Source: Armatimonadota bacterium
GTDB taxonomy: Bacteria > Bacillota > Desulfotomaculia > Desulfotomaculales > Nap2-2B
DNA: 64,000 bases
Assembly (NCBI GenBank): GCA_023511535.1
Contig: JAIMBK010000002.1
Coordinates: 1,900 to 65,899 of the forward strand
Direction of reading: 5' to 3'
In this document: in pieces, positions 17,811 through 26,633 of the stretch
Layout: every line of letters starts with the position of its first letter
Numbering within the stretch: position 1 is the stretch's first letter
Made by a program: the position numbers and the translations under genes
Notes under the pieces: generated by a model
Databases searched by the model: none
What the model was told of the DNA's origin: nothing
Seen by the model: only the letters and a program-made list of their open reading frames with translations

Positions 17811-20800
17811 ATGAGCGTAGAAATTGAAAAAATTGCCCTGGAACAGGCTGCCGTGGTCGCCAGGGAGTTGCGGCAGGCAGCAAACCGCGGCGGAACGGAA
17901 GCGGATTTCCGGCGGGAAGCCGCCCGGATTATGGAAGCGGCGGGCAGCGCAGCCGGCCTGACGATCGTTCCCCGGGACGAATTTTCCGTGGCCCGGGGTC
18001 GGGTGGATTCGGTTTATAACCGACTTATCCTGGAATATAAAAAACCGGGCATCCTTAAACCCACAAATAAGGGACACGCCAACCAGGAAGCGATCCGGCA
18101 GGTTAAAAATTACATCCTCGACGTAGCCGTAAGGGAACGCCGGGAAGCCCACCGGCTTTCCGGAGTGGTCACGGACGGCTTCCATTTCATTTTTGTCCGT
18201 CGCGTTGGCGAAGGCTGGTCTATCGATGACCCGGCCCCCGTCACCCCGGCCACAACGGAGCGTTTTCTACGCCTTCTCTTTTCGCTTTCCGCCGGAGCGG
18301 CACTCATCCCCGAAAATTTGCTCGAAGACTTCGGACCGCGTACACTACGTGCCCAACGGGCGGTGCGAGCGCTTTACACCGCTCTTCATACCAGCAAACA
18401 TCCCCTGGTGGTCAAGCTCTTTGAGCAATGGCGGCTCTTTTTCAGCGAAGCGACTGATTACAAAGAATGGGCTGAACGGATCGAAAACAAAGAAGAATTC
18501 CGTAACTTTGTCACCGGAATGGGAATCAGTCTGGAACTGCACGATCTTGAATACGAAATATCGGGAAGAAGGGCCGGGGCGAGAACGCACCGCGATCCCC
18601 ATTTAGCTGCCAGGGTCTTCTTCGCTCTCCATACCTACTACGCGCTGCTCATCAAACTGGTGGCCTCTCTTGCGGCAGCCCGGTTCGCCGGGAACTCCTC
18701 CGCTCCCCTGGCAAACTCCCCGGTTAAAGAAGGGGATGCCTTGCGGAGAACTTTCCTGGAACTGGAAAGGGGAGGTCTCTTTAGAGAATACGGAATTCGC
18801 AATTTCCTGGAGGGCGACTTTTTCGGATGGTACCTTGCCGCCTGGAACGAAGACATTGAAGAAGCAACCGGCCAGCTGGTCCAGCGCCTGGCCGAATACG
18901 ATCCGGGCGCCCTGGAACTGGCTCCGGAAAATGCCCGCGACCTTTTAAAGAAGCTTTATCACTATCTTTTGCCCCGGGAGATCCGCCACGATCTCGGCGA
19001 ATATTACACCCCGGACTGGCTGGCCGAGCGCCTCGTCCGGCAAACCCTCGGGCAGGCCGACCTCGGGAACGCGACCAGGCGCGTGCTCGATCCTTCTTGC
19101 GGGTCAGGTACTTTTCTGGTCATCCTCATCAAACATATCCGCGACCGGGCAGCGCGCAAAAATCAGAACCCTTCGGAAACATTGGAACTCATTTTGAAAA
19201 ACGTTGTCGGGATCGACCTGAACCCTCTGGCGGTAATCGCTGCCCGCACAAATTATCTCCTGGCCCTGGGCGACTTGTTGAAACACAGAAAAGGTGAAAT
19301 CGATATCCCCGTTTACCAGGCGGACTCAATTCTTACCCCTTCGCAGGGGACAGGCTTGTTCGACGGCGATGTTTACCCCTTAAAAACATCCGCCGGCGTT
19401 TTTCGCATCCCTGCCGTTTTTGCCGGCCAGGAACGAATGGACTGTCTAAGCAACGTTCTCGACGAAGCCGTTGAGGCGGGGATCGGGGAAGGCGCCTTTC
19501 TTGCCCGCCTGACAAAAGCAGCCCGGCTGGAGCCGGAGGAACTGTCGGCCGCCGAGAACGAACTGAAGGCTCTCTACCGGCAACTCCGGGAACTGCACGA
19601 ACAGGGCTTAAACGGCGTCTGGGCCCGGATCATTAAAAATGCTTTTGCGCCGCTTTTCCTTGAGCCTTGCCACTATATTGTCGGCAATCCCCCCTGGGTA
19701 AATTGGGAACACCTGCCGGATGAATACCGGCAGCAAACCAAGCCTTTATGGGAGCACTACGGTCTTTTCCCCCACGGCGGGATGGACACCATCCTCGGCA
19801 AAGGAAAGAAAGACATCTCCATGCTGATGACCTACGTGGCGGCGGACCGCTACTTGCGGCGGGGCGGCAAGCTGGGTTTCGTCCTTTCCCAAAGCCTTTT
19901 TAAAACTTCCGGGGCCGGGCAGGGTTTCCGGCGCTTTCTTTTACCCGACAAAACCCCCTTCGGCCCCCTGGCGGTGGAAGACATGGTGGAGCTGAAGCCC
20001 TTTGAAGGAGCGACGAACCGCACCGCCGTGGCCGTTTTTGCCAAGGGCCACCCGGTGCGCTACCCGGTATCTTACCAGTACTGGAAAAAGAGGAGCGAAG
20101 GCCGGGGGAGCGCCATCGGTTTCGATACACCGTACGAGGAAGTGACTACGGAAAAGGTTACCTTTCGCAAGTGGTTCGCCGAACCGGTGGACAGGGCGGA
20201 AGAGACCTCGGCCTGGATCACGGCCAGGGAACTGGCCCTGCGCGCTCTTCGCAAAGTTTTGGGTAAGTCACCTTACTCAGCACACGCAGGTTCATTTACA
20301 GGCGGCGTCAATGGGATTTACTGGGTGGAAATTACGGGGTTCAGGCCCGGCGGCCTGGCCATCGTCGCCAACATCACGGAAGGGGTCAGGCGGAAAATCC
20401 CCCCTACCCAGGCCGCGGTCGAACTCGACCTCCTCTACCCCCTGCTGCGCGGCCGCGACGTCCGCCGTTGGCAGGCCGCCCCGTCGGCGCACATTTTAAT
20501 GACGCAGGATCCGGCAACCCGGCGGGGCATTGCCAGAGAAAAAATGGAAGGGAATTACCCGAAAGCCCACGCCTACCTTTCCAGGTTCGAAAAAATCCTC
20601 CAAAACAGACCCGCTTTCCGCCGTTATTTCCGGGAAAATGACCCGTACTGGTCGATGTTTAACGTAAGCCCCTTTACCTTTTCCCCCTGGAAGGTCGTCT
20701 GGCGCGAGGTGGCCAATGAATTAGACGCCGCGGTGGTTGGCCAGATGCCCGCCGGCGACCGCGTTAAACCGGTAATTCCGGACCATACCTGTATTCTCGT

Positions 20801-21128
20801 CGAATGTAAAACGCAGCAAGAGGCGCATTATCTTTGCGCCGCCATCAATTCCAGCCCGGCCCGGCTGGCCGTCCGCAATTACATTGTGCTTCATCCCGAT
20901 CCCCATGTTTTAAACAACCTGAACATTCCTCGTTTTACCGCCGGGGACGAGCGGCACCGGACGCTGGCCGCCCTTTCCCGGGCGGCGCACGAAGCGGCCG
21001 CCAAAGGAGAGGCCGGGGAAATAAAGCGGATTGAAGACGAGATCGACCGGTGGGCCGCCCGGCTGTGGGGCCTGACCGGCGAGGAGCTGGCCGAAATCAA
21101 GCAATCGCTGGAGGAAAGCCTGAAATGA
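17811..21128 (+). CDS. type IIG/IIL-like fusion: N-terminal PD-(D/E)xK nuclease-like domain + gamma-class N6-adenine DNA methyltransferase + target-recognition region (1105 aa)
   Basis: D66-x8-E75-x-K77 in 'GRVDSVYNRLILEYKKPG' (18006-18041), 'EYYTPDWLAE', motif I 'VLDPSCGSGTF' (about 19083-19115), motif IV 'NPPW' (19686-19697), and a C-terminal 'RLWGLTGEELAEI' helix typical of Eco57I/MmeI/PglX-like enzymes. Confidence 0.8.
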   Translation: MSVEIEKIALEQAAVVARELRQAANRGGTEADFRREAARIMEAAGSAAGLTIVPRDEFSVARGRVDSVYNRLILEYKKPGILKPTNKGHANQEAIRQVKNYILDVAVRERREAHRLSGVVTDGFHFIFVRRVGEGWSIDDPAPVTPATTERFLRLLFSLSAGAALIPENLLEDFGPRTLRAQRAVRALYTALHTSKHPLVVKLFEQWRLFFSEATDYKEWAERIENKEEFRNFVTGMGISLELHDLEYEISGRRAGARTHRDPHLAARVFFALHTYYALLIKLVASLAAARFAGNSSAPLANSPVKEGDALRRTFLELERGGLFREYGIRNFLEGDFFGWYLAAWNEDIEEATGQLVQRLAEYDPGALELAPENARDLLKKLYHYLLPREIRHDLGEYYTPDWLAERLVRQTLGQADLGNATRRVLDPSCGSGTFLVILIKHIRDRAARKNQNPSETLELILKNVVGIDLNPLAVIAARTNYLLALGDLLKHRKGEIDIPVYQADSILTPSQGTGLFDGDVYPLKTSAGVFRIPAVFAGQERMDCLSNVLDEAVEAGIGEGAFLARLTKAARLEPEELSAAENELKALYRQLRELHEQGLNGVWARIIKNAFAPLFLEPCHYIVGNPPWVNWEHLPDEYRQQTKPLWEHYGLFPHGGMDTILGKGKKDISMLMTYVAADRYLRRGGKLGFVLSQSLFKTSGAGQGFRRFLLPDKTPFGPLAVEDMVELKPFEGATNRTAVAVFAKGHPVRYPVSYQYWKKRSEGRGSAIGFDTPYEEVTTEKVTFRKWFAEPVDRAEETSAWITARELALRALRKVLGKSPYSAHAGSFTGGVNGIYWVEITGFRPGGLAIVANITEGVRRKIPPTQAAVELDLLYPLLRGRDVRRWQAAPSAHILMTQDPATRRGIAREKMEGNYPKAHAYLSRFEKILQNRPAFRRYFRENDPYWSMFNVSPFTFSPWKVVWREVANELDAAVVGQMPAGDRVKPVIPDHTCILVECKTQQEAHYLCAAINSSPARLAVRNYIVLHPDPHVLNNLNIPRFTAGDERHRTLAALSRAAHEAAAKGEAGEIKRIEDEIDRWAARLWGLTGEELAEIKQSLEESLK

Positions 21129-22255
21129 GGAACCCTTTTGCCGGCCTCCAGCCGGCCCTCGCGGTGATCTGCCGGGAAGGCAAGGTTCTCCCGGCCACCG
21201 GGCAGGCGATGGAGGATCTGATGCGACCGGATCACGAAGAGGTCATTGACCGTCTTCGCACGGGCGACGAAAAAGTTTTGGACGTCCTCGCGGAAGCACC
21301 AAACCGCCGGCCCTGCGTGGAGTTGACGCCCCTTCACCGGACCAGGCGGCACCTGTTCCGTTATTTCCTGGACGGGTCGGCCCGGACCTTCTTCCTGGGC
21401 GACGTGGTGGAAGGCAACCGGCGCAGCCCGGTCCACGTTGCCCAAATCGGAGCGGCGGCGGTCTTCCGGAAGGACAACGGACAGATCAAGGTGGCCCGGG
21501 TAAAACACCGGATCGTGCTCATGATGGACAAAAATGCCGTCTCCTTCGGAGAAAAGGTCCAGGAACTGGTGCAAAGGGCCGGGCCCGGGTACGCCTTCCA
21601 CGATACCATGGAAGAAGACGGAGAAACGGAGCAGACCGCTCCGGGAAAAGAGCCCCGTTCCCGGGCGGCACATAAAGCACACCATCTGATGGCCAAACTC
21701 GAAGACGAACTCGGCCGCAGCCTGGAGCGCCCGGACGGGCACTGGCTGGTCCTGGACGGCAGCCTGGGCAAGGATTTGCACGCCTGGAAAAATGTCCGGC
21801 ATTTTCTGGGCGTAACCAAGTCTTTCAGCCGCGAACCGGTCTTTAAGCTTCCCGGCGCCCGGGGAGGAAAAATAGTCAATCTTTACGAACTCCTGGCCGG
21901 ACTCCCGTTTGCAGCGAGAACCTGCGCCTACGCAACCCGTGCCGGCAAGGCCGCCTTCTGGTACGTCCGGATCAGAGAGCAAAGACACCTGGATTATCCA
22001 CTGATGGGGGTGGTGAAGGTGGAACTCCCCAACCCGGCAGGCGAGGCGGTACCTTCCTCCCTCATCGACGAAATTTCGGCGGCGCTCGTCGCGGAACGCC
22101 AGGCAACGCCGCACGGCCGGGACAGCCGCTGGCACGCCCACCTTTATCCCGTCTATCTGGCGGAACAGGCGGTAAAAAACGGTTTTGTTACCCGGGATGT
22201 CCTGAAGGCGGGACTGAAGTGGCCGGTTGCCGCCGGCGGCCCTGCCTCACTTTGA
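21125..22255 (+). CDS. NurA-like nuclease (RNase-H-fold 5'-3' exo/endonuclease family), 376 aa
   Basis: Ordered motifs 'YFLDGSARTF', 'AKLEDELGR', 'WLVLDGSLGKDL' and C-terminal 'HLYPVYLAEQAV' match the NurA catalytic layout as I remember it. ATG 21125 overlaps the upstream stop (ATGA). Confidence 0.6.
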   Translation: MRNPFAGLQPALAVICREGKVLPATGQAMEDLMRPDHEEVIDRLRTGDEKVLDVLAEAPNRRPCVELTPLHRTRRHLFRYFLDGSARTFFLGDVVEGNRRSPVHVAQIGAAAVFRKDNGQIKVARVKHRIVLMMDKNAVSFGEKVQELVQRAGPGYAFHDTMEEDGETEQTAPGKEPRSRAAHKAHHLMAKLEDELGRSLERPDGHWLVLDGSLGKDLHAWKNVRHFLGVTKSFSREPVFKLPGARGGKIVNLYELLAGLPFAARTCAYATRAGKAAFWYVRIREQRHLDYPLMGVVKVELPNPAGEAVPSSLIDEISAALVAERQATPHGRDSRWHAHLYPVYLAEQAVKNGFVTRDVLKAGLKWPVAAGGPASL

Positions 22256-22283
22256 TTGATCGCAAAGGAGGTTCACAGCAGCT

Positions 22284-24050
22284 ATGGCGGAGGAAATGGA
22301 AAAAATGGTGAACGAACCGGTGAGCGAAGCAGGCCGGATCATCGGAAAGGCTTCGGCGACCGAACGCGAACCGAACTCTTCCGAAAAGTTTTTCTTCTGG
22401 CTGGCCCCCGAAGAAATCGTCAACCCCTTCGACATCGTTGAGGCGGAGCAGATGGAGGGTACCCGCACCTTCGGCCTGGTCACCAACATCAGGCAAATTA
22501 CCGATGCCCCGTCGCACCTTTCCAACTTTATCGCCAGCGATTTCGGGAGTACCGCGACAACGCCCCAGACCCCCCGCCAGGGGGCAAATGTGGCCGAGGT
22601 CAGCGTGCTGGCCAACCACGACCCCTCCGAACCCAAGCGCTACCCCATGGGTATTTACATGCCGGTGCAGAACGAAGCGCCGGTGCGGTTCGCGGAAGAA
22701 CAGGGGATCCACGTGGCCCTGGGCATCGACAAGATGTTCGAATACGAAAAAGAACACAGAGAAAAAATCACTATCCCTGCCGGACTGATCCGGATGTCCA
22801 ACGGCACCCGGGTACGCGTGTACCTCGATAAGCGGTACGTCCTGGGACCGGAGGGCGCCCACGTGAACATCGCCGGAATTTCCGGCCTGGCGACCAAAAC
22901 ATCCTACGCCCTGTTCCTTATCCAGTCAATCCTGCAAACCGCCGGCACCAAAGACATCGCGGTCATCCTGCTGAACGTCAAACAAAACGACCTCCTGGTC
23001 ATTGACCGGCCCCGGAAAGGGATGAAGCCGGAGGAGCACGAGCTCTGGGAGTTCCTCGGCCTCAGGCCCAAGCCCTTTGAAAATGTACGCTACCTGCTTC
23101 CCTGGGGAAAGGAAACCCAAACCACGGGGCTTCCCAATTGTTTCGGCGAGCCCCCGGACCAGTTCCTGACTTATGCCTATTCCTTAGAAGATGTGATCGG
23201 CAACCGGTTGCGTCCCGGTCCCGGCCTGGGCCTGCTCATTCGCGTTCCCGACCCGTGGGATACCCTGGGCGCTTTGATCGGGGAAATTCAACATGGAATC
23301 ATGAATCAAGAGCCCAGGTGGCGAAGCGTAACTACCTGGAACAGCCTCTTGAACGGCCCTCCCTTGATGGAGAAGGGCGTTCCCCAGGCGGTCGGCGAAG
23401 TCCGCGCTTCGTCCGTGGGGCGTTTTGTGCGCATCCTCCGCCGGGTGGTCCGCAACCGGCAGTCCGGGGTGTTCGTAGAGCAGCGCGCTGCGCGCCGAGC
23501 CGCCAACCTGGGGGACGAAATCCGCCGGATCGAGGGCGGGCAGATTACCGTGGTCGATCTTGCCAAACTAACCGACGAAGAACGGGCGCTGGTTTTCGGC
23601 CACATTATCCAGGAGGTTTACGGAATGTACGCCGAAGCCACCGTTGACGAAAGAAACGACCTCCCCAGGAGGGTGATCATTTTCGTCGACGAACTGAACA
23701 AATACGCGCCGGCCCGCCGGGGGGAAGGAGAGTCCTCAATTCTGGAATACGTGCTGGACATTGCGGCCCGGGGCCGTTCCCTGGGGGTAGTGCTGATTTC
23801 CGCCGAACAATTTATGAGCGAGGTTCACGGGCAGGTAATCGGAAATTGCGCGACAAAGGTAATCGGCCGGAGCGATTCTTCCGAACTCGCCGACGCCGCC
23901 TACCGGTTTATCGCCCAGGACGTGAAAGCGCACCTGACGCGCCTGGACAAGGGTGAGCTCCTGCTCGCCCATCCGATTTACCGGCAGCCGGTGAAGATTG
24001 AATTTCCAAAGCCCGCTTACCAGTTTATCGGGCATGAACACCTGAGATGA
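22284..24050 (+). CDS. HerA/FtsK-like hexameric ATPase (DUF87-type) with a non-canonical P-loop
   Basis: N-terminal barrel-like segment (GRIIGKASA...FFFWLAPEE...FGLVTNI), P-loop region 'AGISGLATKTS' (22875-22904), Walker B 'RVIIFVDELNKY', and 'RGRSLGVVLISAEQFMSEVHGQVIGNCATKVIGR' typical of HerA/FtsK. AAAGGAGG RBS upstream. Confidence 0.7.
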   Translation: MAEEMEKMVNEPVSEAGRIIGKASATEREPNSSEKFFFWLAPEEIVNPFDIVEAEQMEGTRTFGLVTNIRQITDAPSHLSNFIASDFGSTATTPQTPRQGANVAEVSVLANHDPSEPKRYPMGIYMPVQNEAPVRFAEEQGIHVALGIDKMFEYEKEHREKITIPAGLIRMSNGTRVRVYLDKRYVLGPEGAHVNIAGISGLATKTSYALFLIQSILQTAGTKDIAVILLNVKQNDLLVIDRPRKGMKPEEHELWEFLGLRPKPFENVRYLLPWGKETQTTGLPNCFGEPPDQFLTYAYSLEDVIGNRLRPGPGLGLLIRVPDPWDTLGALIGEIQHGIMNQEPRWRSVTTWNSLLNGPPLMEKGVPQAVGEVRASSVGRFVRILRRVVRNRQSGVFVEQRAARRAANLGDEIRRIEGGQITVVDLAKLTDEERALVFGHIIQEVYGMYAEATVDERNDLPRRVIIFVDELNKYAPARRGEGESSILEYVLDIAARGRSLGVVLISAEQFMSEVHGQVIGNCATKVIGRSDSSELADAAYRFIAQDVKAHLTRLDKGELLLAHPIYRQPVKIEFPKPAYQFIGHEHLR

Positions 24051-25291
24051 TGCCGACGATGGTAAACTACCCGGTTGAAGAAAGACAGGCCTGGCGGCGG
24101 TGGGTGACTCCAAAACCCTTGCAGGATAAGCCCATCCACCGCTGGTACGTTTTTCCGCACAGCTTTACCAGCGAGCTGGTTCACGCTCTGATTGAGGAAT
24201 GGGGCCTTGGGCCGGCAGATTACCTCCTCGACCCTTTTGCCGGGGCGGGGACAACCTTACTGGCGGCAAAAGAGAGAGGGATCCCGGCCGTCGGTTACGA
24301 TCTGTCTCCGCTGGCCGTGCTGGTCACCCGGGCGAAAATCGCCCATTACAGTTTGCCCGGCCTTTTCCGGACCTGGCACCGGCTTAAAGAGAGTCTGAAT
24401 CCCGGCCGCTGGACCGGTCCCGCCCGGAATTACCCCGACCTCGTCCAAAAAGCCCTCCCGAACCGTGTCCTGGCCGCTTTCGACGCAATTGACGGGAACA
24501 TCGCCGGCCTTTCGGGCACGGAAACGGAACGCTGCTTCTTCCGCACCGCCTTACTCGCCATTCTTCCCCGGTATAGCCGCGCCGTCGCCACCGGCGGGTG
24601 GCTGAAATGGGTCGCCAGCCAAGCCGACGTTGCCGATATCCCGGCCGCCCTGACCGGGCGCGTGGAAACGATGCTGGCGGATCTCCAGGAAGTAAAATTC
24701 CCGCGCCGTTCCCGGTGGTGGCGCATCGGGCGGGCGGATGCCCGGCAGCTTCCCGACCCCTCGTCCGTCTATTCGGCCGTCATCACTTCCCCGCCTTACC
24801 CCAATCGCCACGACTACACCCGGGTCTTCGGAATCGAGCTCATGTTTGGTTTCCTGGATTGGAGCGAGCTCCGGAAGCTCCGGTACCAGAGCTTCCACTC
24901 CCATCCCGAGGCCCGCCCGGAGCGGCCGGCGGCAAAAGACTACGCGCCTCCGGCGGGGCTCGTTCGGTCGGTTGCGGAGATCCGCGCCAAAAGCAACGAC
25001 CCCCGGGTTTCCCGGATGATCGAGGGGTATTTTCTCGACCTGTACATCTGCCTCCGGGAACTCCGGCGGGTCTGCCGGCCCGGGGCGAAAGTGGCGCTTG
25101 TGGTGGGAAATGCCCAGTACTGCGGGGAACCGGTGCTCGTCGACGAACTGACGGCCGAAATCGGGGAGCGGGCCGGTTTAACCTGCGAGAAACTCCTGGC
25201 GGTGCGCTACCGGGGCAACAGCGCCCAACAAATGGGTATTTACGGACGGAATCCTTCCCGGGAAAGCGTAGTTATCTTCCGGAACATATGA
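24047..25291 (+). CDS. DNA amino-methyltransferase (N6-adenine or N4-cytosine), motif I before motif IV
   Basis: 'LLDPFAGAGTTLLAAKERG...GYDLSPLA' (motif I) and 'VITSPPYPNRHDY' (motif IV, about 24787-24798). ATGA overlap with the HerA-like stop. Confidence 0.8.
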   Translation: MMPTMVNYPVEERQAWRRWVTPKPLQDKPIHRWYVFPHSFTSELVHALIEEWGLGPADYLLDPFAGAGTTLLAAKERGIPAVGYDLSPLAVLVTRAKIAHYSLPGLFRTWHRLKESLNPGRWTGPARNYPDLVQKALPNRVLAAFDAIDGNIAGLSGTETERCFFRTALLAILPRYSRAVATGGWLKWVASQADVADIPAALTGRVETMLADLQEVKFPRRSRWWRIGRADARQLPDPSSVYSAVITSPPYPNRHDYTRVFGIELMFGFLDWSELRKLRYQSFHSHPEARPERPAAKDYAPPAGLVRSVAEIRAKSNDPRVSRMIEGYFLDLYICLRELRRVCRPGAKVALVVGNAQYCGEPVLVDELTAEIGERAGLTCEKLLAVRYRGNSAQQMGIYGRNPSRESVVIFRNI

Positions 25292-25330
25292 TGAGGCCAT
25301 GAACCCCCAACCTCTTAAAAAACACTTTTC

Positions 25331-26593
25331 TCACATCGCCCGTCCCGCCGCCTGGTGCAGAGCGGCGCAGTCGTCCCACGGGCCGACGCTGGCGATGGCG
25401 AAGGTTTCCGGAACCAGCACGGTGCGGGCAAACTCCCTGATCTGCTCTGCCGTCACCTGGTTTATTTTTTCCACCACTTCTTCCGGCGGAACCACTTTTC
25501 CCAGGTAAAGCTGGGATTTGGCCAGCCTGCTCATCCGCGTGCTGACGTTTTCCAGGCTTAAAAATAAATTCCCCTTCATCTGGTCTTTGGCCCGGCGCAA
25601 TTCCTCGTCCGTAATCCCGTTTTGCTGGATGTTCCTGATTTCGTTGAAAACCAGTTCCATGACCGGCGCCACGTTATTTTTGCTTAAGCCCGCGTATACG
25701 CAAAAAAGCCCGGTGTCCCGGTAGCTGCTGTGGTAAGAGTAAATCGAGTAGACCAGGCCGCGGTTTTCGCGGATTTCCTGGAACAGCCGGGAACTTAAGC
25801 CGCCGCCCAAAATGGTGTTGATGATCTGGAACACGTAAATTTGCCCGTGGTCCAGGGGCAGCCCCGGCGCGCCCAGGCATAAGTGGATTTGCTCCGTTTC
25901 TTTTTGCCGGCAGGTGACCAGGTGCTGCGGCACGGGCCGGCTTTGTTCGCGGCGCGAAGCCTGCCCGTTCGCGTCTCGAAAAACCTTTTGGATTTTTTCC
26001 ACGGCCTGCTGGTGGTCGATATTCCCGGCCAGGGCCACAAGGAAATTCCCCGGGCGGTAATTTTCCTGAAAGTAAGCGAGGATTTGCTCCCGGCTTAAGC
26101 CCCCGATGATTTCGGCGTTGCCGATGATCGGGCGCCCCAGGGAATGGCCCTGCCAGATGGTGTTGGCAAAGACGTCGTGGACCAGTTCGTCGGGGGTGTC
26201 TTCGTACATCTTGATTTCTTCGACGATCACGTTTCTTTCCCGGTCGATATCCTCCGGTTTAAAAAGGGGGTTAAAAATCATGTCCGCCAGAACGTCCAGG
26301 GCAAGATCGAAGTATTCGTCCATCACCCGGGCGTAAAAACAGGTAAATTCTTTCGTGGTAAAGGCGTTTAACTGCCCGCCCACGGCGTCCAGCGCCTCGG
26401 CGATTTGCCTGGCCGTGCGCTTCCCGGTCCCCTTAAAAAGGAGGTGTTCAATAAAATGGGATACCCCCGCCAGCTCTTCCGGTTCGTCCCGCGAACCCAC
26501 GTCCACCCAGACACCCAGGGCGAGCGAGCGGACGTGGGGGATGTCTTCCGTCAAGATTTGCACTCCGTTGTCCAGCACCACTCTCTGGTACAT
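25331..26593 (-). CDS. mlpA: M16-family zinc peptidase (MlpA/YmxG-like)
   Basis: Inverted zincin motif 'HFIEH' in 'AGVSHFIEHLLFKGT'. Position directly after pnp, as in Bacillus. Confidence 0.9.
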   Translation of the reverse strand: MYQRVVLDNGVQILTEDIPHVRSLALGVWVDVGSRDEPEELAGVSHFIEHLLFKGTGKRTARQIAEALDAVGGQLNAFTTKEFTCFYARVMDEYFDLALDVLADMIFNPLFKPEDIDRERNVIVEEIKMYEDTPDELVHDVFANTIWQGHSLGRPIIGNAEIIGGLSREQILAYFQENYRPGNFLVALAGNIDHQQAVEKIQKVFRDANGQASRREQSRPVPQHLVTCRQKETEQIHLCLGAPGLPLDHGQIYVFQIINTILGGGLSSRLFQEIRENRGLVYSIYSYHSSYRDTGLFCVYAGLSKNNVAPVMELVFNEIRNIQQNGITDEELRRAKDQMKGNLFLSLENVSTRMSRLAKSQLYLGKVVPPEEVVEKINQVTAEQIREFARTVLVPETFAIASVGPWDDCAALHQAAGRAM

Positions 26594-26618
26594 AACGACT
26601 TAACTATCCCCCTCCAAA

Positions 26619-26633
26619 TGGTGGTTGGTGGTT
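26619..26633. repeat. short GGTTGGT-family tract (TGGTGGTTGGTGGTT) between pnp and mlpA
   Basis: Read directly. On the coding (minus) strand it reads AACCACCAACCACCA, immediately 5' of the mlpA GGAGGGGG RBS. Confidence 0.7.

Noticed and set aside
20891-22141. 416-aa ORF on the minus strand opposite the end of gene A and most of the NurA-like gene
   Set aside because: Arg/Gly/Pro/Ala-rich translation typical of antisense frames in high-GC DNA. It has no RBS and no recognisable motifs, and the plus-strand genes have strong motif support and coupled starts.
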